Shown here: piece by piece, positions 53,553 to 64,000 of the stretch
Numbering within the stretch: the first letter of the stretch is position 1
Layout: each line of letters starts with the position of its first letter
Assembly: GCA_963714975.1 (NCBI GenBank)
Contig: CAVQQD010000001.1
Span: forward strand, 32,001 to 96,000
Length of the DNA stretch: 64,000 nt
Reading direction: 5' to 3'
DNA from: an uncultured Gammaproteobacteria bacterium
GTDB taxonomy: Bacteria; Pseudomonadota; Gammaproteobacteria; JAURND01
Notes under the pieces: generated by a model
What the model was told of the DNA's origin: nothing
Databases searched by the model: none
The model's input: the letters and a program-made list of their open reading frames with translations, nothing else
Program-made: the position numbers and the translations under genes

Positions 53553-54371
53553 ATGAAGGCGAGTACTTTTTTTGAAACGCACCCTGTTTTTCGCCTAGAG
53601 GAATTCGCTCAGTGTATGCGAGAAGAGGGTAAAAAGCGAGCTGCCAGCTGGGAACAGTTGTTACGATACCACTGCAAGACGGGTAGGCTGGTTCATGTTC
53701 GTAAATCGGTGTATGCCGTAAAACCCAGCTCAGTCAATGCGGAAGAATTTTGGATTGATCCTTACCTTGTGGCTGGAAAAGCAACTCCTGATGCAGTTCT
53801 AAGCCATCACACAGCGTTAGAATTACATAATCTCGCTTATACAACGTTTGAGACACTGACTTTTTTAACCTCTCAAGCAATCAAACCATTTAGTTATCAA
53901 AGCCAACGGTTTCATGCTGTTGCTATTCCTAAACCTTTGGTTATAAGAGACCAAATAGATAGTAACGTTGAATATATTCAGCGACAGGATATTAGCATTA
54001 AAATCACTAGTCTTGAGCGGACCTTGGTTGATATTTTAGATCGGCCTGATTTAGGAGGTGGTTGGGAAGAAATATGGCGATCGTGGGAGCATGTCGTTCA
54101 TTTTGACATAGAGAAACTAATTGAATACGCCTTATTGTTAAATAAGGCTACTACCATCGCGAAGGTGGGTTATTTCCTTGAGCAGCGTCCTGCTCATCTT
54201 CAAGTTAATTCAAATTATATTGATAAATTGCTGCCTCATATTCCAAAACAAAAACATTATTTAAATCGTAACGTTCGCTCCAATGGGAAATATATTAAAA
54301 AATGGCAATTAATGCTCCCACAGGAGATTATTGAACGTAAGTGGGAGGAGCCGCATGTTGATGATGTCTAA
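53553..54371 (+). CDS. Type IV TA antitoxin, AbiEi family
   Basis: wHTH N-terminus; LSHHTALELH; TSLERTLVD. Confidence 0.88.
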   Translation: MKASTFFETHPVFRLEEFAQCMREEGKKRAASWEQLLRYHCKTGRLVHVRKSVYAVKPSSVNAEEFWIDPYLVAGKATPDAVLSHHTALELHNLAYTTFETLTFLTSQAIKPFSYQSQRFHAVAIPKPLVIRDQIDSNVEYIQRQDISIKITSLERTLVDILDRPDLGGGWEEIWRSWEHVVHFDIEKLIEYALLLNKATTIAKVGYFLEQRPAHLQVNSNYIDKLLPHIPKQKHYLNRNVRSNGKYIKKWQLMLPQEIIERKWEEPHVDDV

Positions 54372-55326
54372 ACAAGATCTTCAAAGAGAAGCAAAGATTA
54401 ATGGTTTTAGACCAGAAATGCTTGAGAAAGTATATCGACTATTAGATCTGTTAGGACAATTTATGGGTATTCCTTTTTTAAAAGATCGATTAGCTTTAAA
54501 AGGGGGCAGTGCTATTAACTTATTTTGTACGGATACTTTACCGCGCCTATCTGTAGACCTAGATTTTAATTATATTGGTTCAGCTAACCGTGAAATTATG
54601 CGTCAAGAAAAAGAAAAATTAGAAGCTATTCTTATTGATACATGTCGCCGGTTTCAATACGATCTTGATCGGAATGCCCACGCTCACGCGGGAGGAAAAA
54701 TGATCTTTGTTTATCAAAGTGTTTTGGGCAACAAGGGTCGTATCGAAATTGACCTGAATTATTTATTTCGCATCCCTCTATGGAGTATTGATTGGCGGTG
54801 TTCACCGGCGTGGCCTAAAGCCACCTATACAAACATATTGGATATTCACGAAATAGCTGCTGGAAAATTGCATGCACTTTTAGGTCGACAAGCAAGCCGT
54901 GATTTGTTTGATAGCCATCAATTGCTAACAAAATGGCCACTCAATCCAGAAAAACTTCGGCTTGCATTTGTTGTGTATGCAGGGATGGAGCGAGATCATT
55001 GGCAGAGAATTAGTGTGACGAATATCCAGTTTACCGCAAAAGATATTCGCGATAAGTTAATTCCTGTTTTAAAAATAAGTGAGGCTCCATTCAACTCCGT
55101 AAGTGAAGTTGAGATGTGGGCTAAGCGTCTAGTTGCTGAATGCCAAGACGCCTTGGCTAAGCTTTTGCCATTTCAAGACAATGAAATCGAATTTTTAGAG
55201 CGATTGCAGCAAGAAGGGGAGATCGCAGCAGAATTAATCAGCAATGATAATGATTTTTGTAAAAGAGTTGCACAACATCCATCATTGCTTTGGAGAGCGC
55301 AAAAGGCAGCTAGGTCTACAGAATGA
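54355..55326 (+). CDS. AbiEii/AbiGii nucleotidyltransferase toxin
   Basis: LKGGSAINL..RLSVDLDF; KLHAL..ASRDLFD. Confidence 0.92.
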   Translation: MLMMSKQDLQREAKINGFRPEMLEKVYRLLDLLGQFMGIPFLKDRLALKGGSAINLFCTDTLPRLSVDLDFNYIGSANREIMRQEKEKLEAILIDTCRRFQYDLDRNAHAHAGGKMIFVYQSVLGNKGRIEIDLNYLFRIPLWSIDWRCSPAWPKATYTNILDIHEIAAGKLHALLGRQASRDLFDSHQLLTKWPLNPEKLRLAFVVYAGMERDHWQRISVTNIQFTAKDIRDKLIPVLKISEAPFNSVSEVEMWAKRLVAECQDALAKLLPFQDNEIEFLERLQQEGEIAAELISNDNDFCKRVAQHPSLLWRAQKAARSTE

Positions 55327-55521
55327 TGTATGGCATCCTGCGCAGTTATCTGCCATTATACAGCATTTGCAAGATGAAAATACTCAAAACTCATGCTGTT
55401 CAAATCTTGACAGATTTGACCTCATGCCTTCCTGATAAGCCAAGCCGATGCCCCTTGAATTTTAAGGCTTATGTCACCATATAATTCATTAATACCAGCA
55501 AAATAGGGTTGATTTTTTACT

Positions 55522-56514
55522 ATGGACATTTGTGATATCGTAAACACACTTTTTCATGCGTTTGACCAAAGCGCAATACCTGCATTTAGGGCTTTTATCA
55601 ATCGACATCCTGTAGTTAGCAAATGGTCAATTGCCTCTGATTATTCGGATAATTGCTTTGCTTTTACCATTTTCCCCTATAATGAATTACCGCCAAAAAC
55701 ATTTAATTATATTCAATCTAAATTACCCAAAGACATAAAAGAAATTAGAGATATTTCAGAAAGTGTGATCTCTTTTTTCCAAGAGCCTAACAGATTTCAT
55801 ATAGCTATTGTAGTTCAAGGAAAACCGAATTTATTTATTCCTGATCCTGATACCGGAGACACTTCTTTAGATGTAGCTCGAAACTGTATTAAAGCAGACT
55901 ACACTCGCAATGCCGGAGGAACTCCAGATGCGTTAAATAAAATTAAAGCACTTTACCTTGAGTCAAAGAAAAAAAGCTTCAATCTGACTCTATTTAGTAA
56001 TATGGTCATGCTTGCTGCATTTTATGCATTCATATCTCTACTTTTATCAATAGAACAAAAAACAGAAACTATTGGTTGGTTTTCTGATCGAGATAAAATG
56101 GTTTCTTATTGTAGTGGCGTTATCTGGGTTTTTTCGATGGAAGCTTTTAGTGTATTGTCCAAAACTATGGAAATCACTTCTATTCCGGAAATTGTCATAG
56201 GAGGACATACCGAAAACCCTGAGCCAATGTGGTATGATCAACTAATAAGACCAGCAGACTACCTTGCAGGTGCATTAGCAAATTTGAATATCCCTACAAA
56301 TGGTCCGATAGCCAAAAAAAATACTAAACAATATAAATTACTTGCCGCTATCTTACCTAACAATGAAAATATAGTAATCTTACAGTTCAAATTTGCAAAG
56401 CATCCTGCCATAGCAAGTGTTGGACAAATGTTTTTTCTTCTCAAATTAACGATGATATTCACCCTTAGTAAGGATATCGAAACCATACCATCCCCAATAG
56501 ACGCGATGATTTAG
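55522..56514 (+). CDS. Hypothetical protein, possibly DUF3800-like (RNase H fold)
   Basis: SIASDY, FSDRD and LIRPADYLAG acidic motifs. Confidence 0.55.
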   Translation: MDICDIVNTLFHAFDQSAIPAFRAFINRHPVVSKWSIASDYSDNCFAFTIFPYNELPPKTFNYIQSKLPKDIKEIRDISESVISFFQEPNRFHIAIVVQGKPNLFIPDPDTGDTSLDVARNCIKADYTRNAGGTPDALNKIKALYLESKKKSFNLTLFSNMVMLAAFYAFISLLLSIEQKTETIGWFSDRDKMVSYCSGVIWVFSMEAFSVLSKTMEITSIPEIVIGGHTENPEPMWYDQLIRPADYLAGALANLNIPTNGPIAKKNTKQYKLLAAILPNNENIVILQFKFAKHPAIASVGQMFFLLKLTMIFTLSKDIETIPSPIDAMI

Positions 56515-56516
56515 AA

Positions 56517-56852
56517 TTAACCCATCTTGAATTTCCATGATTTCGACAAAATCCATTTGCTCACCTGCGGGCGACAGCCTTGGATATTCCCACTAAGGGT
56601 TTTCCCATCTGTAAAATAGGAATGTCGATAATATTTTCGTTTGATTGGCTTGTGTTGGGCAACATATTCTATGAATTTCCGTAGTTCTTCTTTCCTCTTG
56701 CAAAAACCATCATTTTTGCCCATTAGATAAGGGATCAAGGGCGATTCTATAATGGCATCTGGATGATAAAGCGCTAAAAGTTTTTCTACATCATTTTCTG
56801 ACAGTGCTGCGTCCCATTCATGGTAAATACGATCGATTGCTTTCACCATCAT
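56517..56852 (-). CDS. SnoaL/NTF2-like protein, frameshifted
   Basis: DVEKLLALYHPDAIIESP. Confidence 0.8.
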   Translation of the reverse strand: MMVKAIDRIYHEWDAALSENDVEKLLALYHPDAIIESPLIPYLMGKNDGFCKRKEELRKFIEYVAQHKPIKRKYYRHSYFTDGKTLSGNIQGCRPQVSKWILSKSWKFKMG

Positions 56853-56985
56853 TGTTGGATTGAGTGTTGTTTTTGCAATGACTCATAATTAATCCTCGTG
56901 GTTGTGATATATGAGATTAAATTATATATAAAGATCAAAGCTGTTGTTTCATGATGCATCGAAGTGTGATTGCACGAACAATTAA

Positions 56986-58370
56986 TTATTTTTTAATGGT
57001 TAAAAAAACGGTGATACACCCACAGAAAAAAGCTAAGCTCGCAATAATCAGGCTGCTATGCATCCCGCTAATAAATTGCCCTGAGCTAACTAATGCGCCA
57101 AAGATAGCAACACCTAACAGGCTGCCTACCTGACGGCTGGCATTGAGTGCACCTGAGGCTATTCCTGCCCGGTTTGAGGGCACGGAATGAACAGTGGCTA
57201 CGGTTGCTGCTGGCATTGTAAATGCAATACCAAAACCCAGCGCCGCAAGTGGTAAAATTAACATCCAATAAACTGGACCGTGTTCTCTTAGAATCAACAA
57301 GCTCAAAAAACCTAAAGCACCTACAATTAAACCAATCAGCATGGGTAATTTAGCCCCTACATAACTGGTCATCTTGCCGCTGAAATAAGAAGCGATTGCA
57401 ACTACACCTGTCATTGGTAGCAAAGCAAATCCAGTTGCCATGACAGAATATCCACGAATCTGTTGAAAATACAGTGGCAATAAAAACAATTCCCCATAAA
57501 AACTAATGTTTAAAACCATACCTATTGCGATTGCAGCAGAAAATGTTTTGATTTTAAAAAATTTTAACGGAAACATTGGTGAGGGTGTGCGGTGTTCTAT
57601 GAGTAAAAAAATAACGAACGTCACAGCAAAAACAATCAGATTGGCTATGACCATACCTGAATCCCAGCCAAATCTACCCACCTCAATCAGACTAAATGAT
57701 AAAGCAGCAATGCTGATGATAGAAAAAGCCTGTCCCCAAAGGTCAAAACTGATTTTACGATTACTGTTTTTTGCATTAACCACATATTTAAGTGTTAAAA
57801 ATATCCCAATTATTCCAATAGGAATATTAATAAAAAATATGGCGCGCCACCCAAATACTGTGGCCAGAAATGCACCTAAAATCGGCCCTGATGCAGCCGC
57901 TATACCTCCTGCGCCTGCCCATATTCCAATCGCTTTAGCGCGCGTTCCTGTAGGTTCTCATAAGATGCATTAATAAGCGCTAATGATGTGGGAACCATCA
58001 TAGCTGCTGCCACACCTTGGAATAAGCGGAAAATAGTCAAAACTAAAAAATTACCCGCCAACCCGCAACCCAGGGCAGTCAGTGCAAATAAGAACAAACC
58101 CCAAATAAACCTAGGTTTAGCGCCAAATTGATCCCCCAGGTTGCCTGCTGATAATAATAAACAAGCAAAAGTTAAAGCATATCCAGCTACAACCCATTGC
58201 AAATCTGCTATGCTGCCGTGCATATCATGTGCAATGACTGGAAGGGCAACATTGATGATGGTGGCATCTATGATGACCATGAAAAAACCAAAACATAAGG
58301 CAATTAACGACAAATGTTTTGAAGATTGTTTGTGTGGGGTAGATGGTGCTGTGTCCATATTATTGCTCAT
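56986..58370 (-). CDS. MFS DHA2-type efflux transporter, frameshifted
   Basis: FMVIIDATIINVALP, LQWVVAGYAL, WRAIFFINIP, RQVGSLLGVA. Confidence 0.92.
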
Positions 58371-58659
58371 ATCCTAATAGATTTTTTAATGACTGCAGGC
58401 CTTCCGTGGTAGGCACGATCACCCGTGATTTGGTTTTAGACCCTTATAACCCAGCGACAGAAAACTTCTAGGTCATAAATCGGGAAGGATTACCACGCAT
58501 TACTCGGGTGGTGAAATTAGTAATCTGTTGGAAGTAGCAAATAAAGTGTGTGTGTGAGAGAAGAAGGAGTAGCCCAGTGGTGAACCAGATGAAAATGATC
58601 AAGTTTGACACTAGCTCCCACAAAACTCCAGCACTGAATTTTGCTGGCGGAACGTTTCC

Positions 58660-58935
58660 GCGCGCAAATCCTTCTAATTCGCCAAATAGGGGAAAAATCT
58701 CTAGTGGTGCATTCCAAGAGCCATCACCGGCATAAACGACTATGGGTATTACCAAGGGTAAATCACTGCCTGGGTTTTGTTTTAGATGGAGTTCAATGAT
58801 GCGAATAATATAGACCAGTAACCGAAACGCCATCATAGGATCCACGGAGGACTGTTGCTCAACGAGGGTGTACAAATATGCAGCTGAATTTCCAGCTTTT
58901 ACAGAATAAACTATATTAGCTTCAGTTAAACCATC
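58660..58935 (-). pseudogene. Rpn/YhgA-like nuclease/transposase internal fragment
   Basis: IVYSVK..YLYTLVEQQS..MAFRLLVY..LPLVIPIVVY. Confidence 0.8.
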
Positions 58936-59394
58936 ATCAGAGACTTCTAATCGGTTTTCTTCTTGTCTGTGCATAGCGATTAAATCATCCAATCTCCTAA
59001 CCCATGGCTGTAATATTTTAATCGGTTCAGGAGTTGGTTGCCATAATTCTGGGCCTATCAACTTACAAAATCTTGCAATTAATTTTGCATCAAGAATATC
59101 ATTTTTAGAGCGGGCTAATTCACTTTGAGAAAATCCTTTAATTCTCGCAGGATTAACAACGCTTATAGGGATTTCTTGAGCATAAAGAAATTCGGCTAAT
59201 GCCTGCCCGTAAATACTGGTTGCTTCCATACAAGCTTGAGACAACACGATTTCCTTCTGGTTTAGCCATACAAGTAATTTATTAAAGCCTTGCTCGTTAT
59301 TGTTGAATTTTTGAGTTTTTATCTTATCTTCCATTAGCACAGCTACATCAAATGTATTTTTACTGATATCAATGCCTAGAAATGCTTTCTTCAT
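58936..59394 (-). pseudogene. IS110 recombinase, N-terminal RuvC/DEDD part only
   Basis: LGIDISK, CMEATSIY, VVNP..IKGF, KNDILDAKLIARF; lacks the C-terminal Tnp domain. Confidence 0.92.
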
Positions 59395-59427
59395 AGTAGT
59401 ATCCTACATGTTGCGAATAGCTTGGAT

Positions 59428-59605
59428 AGCTTTATTCGGACCAACCTTGTGAATACAGGATCATTGATATTTACCTCAAGTCCTAAGATACCGTCCGGTC
59501 TGTATGAATAAAGTACGGGGTAAATTGCTAAAATCTCCTCTACAGGCTTAATGCCTTAGGAAGTCACCGGCATATTTACCCCTATCCAAGTGCCCTTGGA
59601 TATTT
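59428..59605 (-). ncRNA. IS110 bridge RNA (predicted)
   Basis: 5' hairpin plus target-binding and donor-binding stem-loops; left target guide TGACTTCCT equals the flanking sequence; right donor guide ACAAG is complementary to the element end. Confidence 0.85.
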
Positions 59606-59659
59606 AACCACATTGAGTGATTGGAATTAAGATACAAGGAAGTCAAAACACTCACCTGC

Positions 59660-60249
59660 CAAACTGGCCATAACATAAATATCCAGCTGTTATCATCAAT
59701 AATAACCCCATGGTAAAATTAAAGAGTCGTAGGCGAAAATGATTTTTTAATAAATACGACATTTTATCGCCCAAAATTGCCCAAACGCCAAGTGAAATAT
59801 AACATACAATAAAATAAATAATGAGTAAACGTTAAAAACGGATCATAGCTTTCTGCGCTAGAGAAGATTGAGGCTCCAGATACGCAAGCAATCCATGCTT
59901 TAGGATTTATCCATTGGAGTAAAAAACCTTCGTAAAATTTGGGGATATCATTTTTTCTTATTTCCAACTCTGGTTTTGAAAAAGCTATTTTGTATCCCAT
60001 ATAAATAATATATAACGAACCTACAATCGCTAAATAGGTCAGAAAAAATGGATATGCATTTATAAACCGCGAAAATCCGAATCCAATAAAAAGCAATAAT
60101 AAAGTAAATCCTACGGTCGCCCCTGACACATAAGGGATGGTTCTCTTTACTCCATAACTAATACCAGAGGAAAGAATAATCATATTCACAGGCCCTGGTG
60201 TAATTGACATGACCAAAGAAAATGAAACCATCGCTAATAAAAGTGTCAT
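59660..60249 (-). CDS. LysE-family translocator, frameshifted near 3' end
   Basis: SITPGPVN, GFLLQWINPKAW. Confidence 0.9.
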
Positions 60250-60270
60250 CGCTATTTTCCTGTGTAAAAA

Positions 60271-60699
60271 TTATTTTAATAATCCCATACTACCCGTAAA
60301 TTTATTGACGACTTTCATTTCGCCATACAACGCTAACCCTAGATACTTTAAGTGCTCAATCGGGGTGTTTTCATATTGATGAACATAGTCTGCATAATTT
60401 TTAGTGGTTAGGGTTGCATTAATTAAATCAATCACTGTTAGGTCAGGTTCATAAGCTTTTACTGCTTGGCGCATCTCTTTAAGTAACAGCTTGCTGCCTT
60501 TTAAAATTGGGATGGCCATAGTCGTAATTCCATGATGGTTATCTCCCGCATTATCTTTGTGGTCCTGACCGAGAATTTCAGGAATCATCTTACCTAAGTT
60601 AATCGATAGTATCGCTGCCGTATTTGCAATAACACCAACGGGTAAAAAATGATCAATCACAATTACACATTTCTTGGTGGATAAGTCTTTGTTATTCAT
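60271..60699 (-). CDS. DUF2000 family protein
   Basis: KCVIVID..GVIANTAAIL..HHGI..IPILK..VNKFTGSMGLL. Confidence 0.85.
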   Translation of the reverse strand: MNNKDLSTKKCVIVIDHFLPVGVIANTAAILSINLGKMIPEILGQDHKDNAGDNHHGITTMAIPILKGSKLLLKEMRQAVKAYEPDLTVIDLINATLTTKNYADYVHQYENTPIEHLKYLGLALYGEMKVVNKFTGSMGLLK

Positions 60700-60811
60700 A
60701 CGTTTTCCTCAAAAGCCATTCAATATAACATTGTATTGCTAGATTATACTATCCTCTGTAAAGCATGATAAGATGCTATAATTAGAATTTATTGTTCGAT
60801 AGGATGATATA

Positions 60812-61709
60812 ATGATTGATGAATTACGGGCATTGGCCATCTTCGCAAAAGTGGTAGAAGCAGGCTCATTTCGTTCAGCAGCAAATGCGCTAAAACTTTC
60901 GCCTTCGGTTGTGAGCCACCATGTGGCACAGCTTGAGGAGCGACTGGGCGTTGCTTTGCTTTATCGCTCCACGAGACGACTTTCCCTTACTCATGAAGGC
61001 GAAAAATTATTCATGAGTGCAGAAGCAATGTTATCGGCCGCAGAAAAGGGGCTTAATAGCGTTGCATACCACGCCACGGAACCCACTGGTAAATTAAACT
61101 TGACTCTCCCAGCCATGCTCACAAGAAGTCCGCTTGTTGGTGACATTGCTGCATTTGCCAAGGCGTTTCCAAAAGTAGCGCTTTCAATAAGTTTTAGCGA
61201 CATACAACAGGATTTAATTCGGGAAGGCATCGATCTTGCGATTAGAATAGGCAGACTTAAAAGATAGTGGTTTAAAATCTAAACGACTCTTTACTATGAC
61301 ACGTAAACTCGTCGTTGCTCCTGCTTTAATGAGCGAGCATAAGTCTCCACGACGGCCGCAGGATTTACTCAAATGGGATTGGATTGGGCTCAAAATGCGT
61401 TCAAATACCAAGAAGTTAATCAATCAAAAGGGCAAAACTTGTTTAATCGATTTTGAACCAAGAATCATCGTCGACAGCATGGATGCTGTTTGCCAATTGG
61501 CCATTGCTGGATTAGGACTAGCAACTCCGCCTGCGTTTCTTGTGGCAGAAGATATCCAGCAGGGATATCTTGTTGAACCTCTACCTGAATGGCAGGCTGA
61601 ATCCATTCCTGTTTATGTTGTATGGCCACCCAATGCTTCTAAAGAATCTCTGACATTTAGATTTATGGCGTTCCTAGAGATGAGAAAAAAATCTTATTTG
61701 AGCCTCTAG
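60812..61709 (+). CDS. LysR-family regulator, frameshift near 61260
   Basis: FAKVVEAGSFRSAA..LEERLGVALLYRSTR; DLAIRIG. Confidence 0.92.
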
Positions 61710-61930
61710 AAATATGCCTCAATAGTGCACAGTATGCTTTTCTTGTTATTTTCTCCCTCTGTAGACGCATCACGGTTTATTTGATATAAAATCAGCCAAA
61801 CTAATTTCCAGTTGGTTGGGCGATAAAACAGTCCCCCAATACACTCGAACTCGGGTCATAAGCGAAACCTCTTGCTTAGATTGCTGGTGAGTGATTAATA
61901 AACTAATTTACATGTAAGGAAATTTAAAAC

Positions 61931-62299
61931 ATGCTTATTCCAAATTTGCTATTATTTTATGTGCAAAACCCCCTAGAAAGCGCCTTGTTCTATGAAAAAA
62001 TTTTTTCCAAAAAACCAGTCGCATCCTATCCAACTTATGTGGCATTCTCATTTGAGAATGGCCTGACATTTAGCTTGTGGTCTACCCAAGCCAAGAATTT
62101 TGTTTCAGGAGGTAGCGGCCACCGTTCTGAGCTCGCATTCATGGTTAAAGATGAGCAAGAGGTACGGGAATTACGTAAGCTGTGGGGAGAGTTGGGTGTG
62201 ACTATCGAACAAGATCTACATGAAGCGGTATTTGGGTTAACTTTTGTAGCGCTTGACCCCGATGGCCATCGTATTCGTGTTTGTATACCCGATAGGTAA
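61931..62299 (+). CDS. VOC/glyoxalase family protein
   Basis: SALFYEK..FGLTFVALDPDGHRIRV. Confidence 0.9.
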   Translation: MLIPNLLLFYVQNPLESALFYEKIFSKKPVASYPTYVAFSFENGLTFSLWSTQAKNFVSGGSGHRSELAFMVKDEQEVRELRKLWGELGVTIEQDLHEAVFGLTFVALDPDGHRIRVCIPDR

Positions 62300-62348
62300 G
62301 GAATGAATTTGGCAATGCCTAACTTTTTAGTCCACTAAGGGAAATGTA

Positions 62349-62748
62349 ATGGAAGACATAGCGCTTGATCTGGTTCAGCAATACATGAATGGTTGGAAAC
62401 AAAATAACTTGTCCCTCATTACTTCCTGCTTAACCAAAAACTGTATTGTCATTGAATCACACGGCCCAACATATCATGGAGTAGAGGGAAATCGAACAAT
62501 GGTTTAAATTTTGGATACAAGGAAAGAGCAAGATAATTCATTGGGAATTACATGATTTTTATTATTGTCAAAATAAATCGGCAGCTTTTGTTGAATGGGG
62601 TTTTTCCTGTATTTCAAACGCCAGTGAGCATTTATTTTCTGGCTGCAGCATTTATAAAATTGTGGATCACAAAATTGACTTCATCCACGAATATCGCATG
62701 ACACACGTTGCATACCCTTGGCGGGGGGATGTCTTAGTCTCAGAATAA
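62349..62748 (+). CDS. NTF2/SnoaL-like protein, frameshifted
   Basis: IESHGPTYHG..AFVEW..IDFIHEYR. Confidence 0.7.
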
Positions 62749-63086
62749 AAATGGTTAAATCTGTCAAATGCTTTAGGAGGTGGTTATGATGTATGGCCAG
62801 CTTTGCGCTGAGTTCTACGATGTAGTTGACAGGGTCGAAGATAATTTAATGTGTGGAAAGGCTCAAAAGGGATTGTTGGAGTCTGAGCATTGCCAGGTAG
62901 CTCTAGCCACTACCGCTGGCGATGCGTTAGGTAAAATTGAAAAAGGAAATCTCTATGATTTCGCGATTTATTTGATAAAATCTTTCAATATCACCACCAT
63001 CACCCTGGAAAAATTTCCAGGGTTGAGGGTCAAGAATTTCGTAACTCACCTCAACGCAGTACTGGGCCTAAATAGGAGTAAATAAT

Positions 63087-63902
63087 ATGCCTTTTGAAGA
63101 AAGGATTATAGATAAAGTGACTGTTCCAAACGGAGAACTTTATGTTGAAAAAATAGGAAAAGGTAAACCCATTATTCTAATTCATGCTGGATTTTCTGAT
63201 CGTAGAGATTGGATGCATCAAACTAGCAACTTCGGAGAAAAGTACCAAACAATTACTTATGATCAGCGCGGTTCAGGAAATTCTTCAATTATAACAACCG
63301 CATTTTCTCCGGCTGATGATTTGAAGGCAGTTATGGAGCATTTTAATCTAGAAAAAACAGTTTTAATAGGCCATTCTATTGGTGGAACGATTGCTATAGA
63401 TTTTGCACTTCAATACCCAGATAAGGTGTTGGGTCTGGTATTGGTTGCATCTGGAGTGAACGGATACCAATGGTCAAAAAATTACCTTGATTGGATGCAA
63501 TCAATCTGGAACGTGCCTCAGCCAGAAATAATGACAGAATTATTTCTTTCTGCACCTTTTTATGACATTGGCATGAAAGAACCAACAATAAAATCCGAAA
63601 ATGAAATTATTACCAAAGAAAATTTCAGTAAAATATTAACCTGGAAAACTTTCGACGCCCGTGATGTCCATTGGTTTTTTCCAGATGCTCATGCTAAGCT
63701 GAAAAATCTTCAAACACCAACTTATATTGTTTATGGAGATCAGGATTCTGAAGACATAAATAAAATTGCAAATATTTTTTACGAAAATATAAAAAATGGA
63801 AAAACAATGGTAATAAAAGACGCTGATCATCTTTTAAATTTCGAAAAGCCAGAGGAATTAAATAGTCTTATTTTAGATTTCATTTCCACACTGGACAGTT
63901 AA
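63087..63902 (+). CDS. Alpha/beta hydrolase
   Basis: ILIHAG, YDQRGSG, GHSIGG nucleophile elbow, DADHLLNFEKP. Confidence 0.93.
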   Translation: MPFEERIIDKVTVPNGELYVEKIGKGKPIILIHAGFSDRRDWMHQTSNFGEKYQTITYDQRGSGNSSIITTAFSPADDLKAVMEHFNLEKTVLIGHSIGGTIAIDFALQYPDKVLGLVLVASGVNGYQWSKNYLDWMQSIWNVPQPEIMTELFLSAPFYDIGMKEPTIKSENEIITKENFSKILTWKTFDARDVHWFFPDAHAKLKNLQTPTYIVYGDQDSEDINKIANIFYENIKNGKTMVIKDADHLLNFEKPEELNSLILDFISTLDS

Positions 63903-64000
63903 AAGCTGCGATGGAGATTAAGCTGACTTGAACGCGGCGAAAAATATTTTAGCAGCAGGGCATGCTGTGATGGCTCGTGGAGCAAGCGCGTTGGGTGCGG

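Larger units (their letters stand above)
58936..59638 (-). mobile_element. IS110-family (IS621-like) element, left end intact, right part deleted
   Basis: Left junction TGACTTC-CT-TGTATC; about 240-bp noncoding leader; recombinase 5' part. Confidence 0.85.

Noticed and set aside
58468-59394. 308-aa ORF as a novel IS110-Rpn fusion enzyme
   Set aside because: Both parts are partial and the tail is unrelated; best explained as an in-frame deletion or chimera
12954-61709. Programmed frameshifting or wholesale pseudogenisation
   Set aside because: Indels are scattered across many unrelated genes, often at homopolymers and mostly without nonsense decay, which is typical of long-read error; real decay cannot be excluded gene by gene
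1-64000. CRISPR array, rRNA, integron attC array, retron or reverse transcriptase
   Set aside because: No regularly spaced repeat-spacer units, rRNA motifs or RT motifs were seen

Overview
Mostly AT-rich DNA with a Legionellales/Coxiellaceae-like gene content, joined at about 1376 to an unrelated GC-rich fragment (IS3 orfA plus a truncated PQQ sugar dehydrogenase); that join is probably a chimera. About 1.4-44.4 kb is a PFGI-1/LGI-type integrative conjugative element (ICE). It carries an integrase next to a tRNA-Lys att site, an S24 repressor, lvrA, a Q-like antiterminator, the pilL-to-traG T4SS operon, traD, a degenerate traI, ssb, and eukaryote-like cargo (IS4-split U-box protein, CaaX protein, TIR and ankyrin-like proteins). 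Further islands stack at the same tRNA-Lys att site (44.3-51.2 kb), followed by a decayed accessory region (AbiE toxin-antitoxin pair, MFS, IS110 remnant, LysR/LysE). The main observations are: (1) an IS110 noncoding end with full bridge-RNA architecture whose target guide matches the adjacent genomic flank 9/9; (2) a lambda-like Q gene, promoter and terminator sitting at the head of the conjugation operon; (3) effector-like cargo. Many genes are frameshifted, often at homopolymers, most likely from uncorrected long-read errors. All family assignments come from motif recognition and synteny, not database searches.
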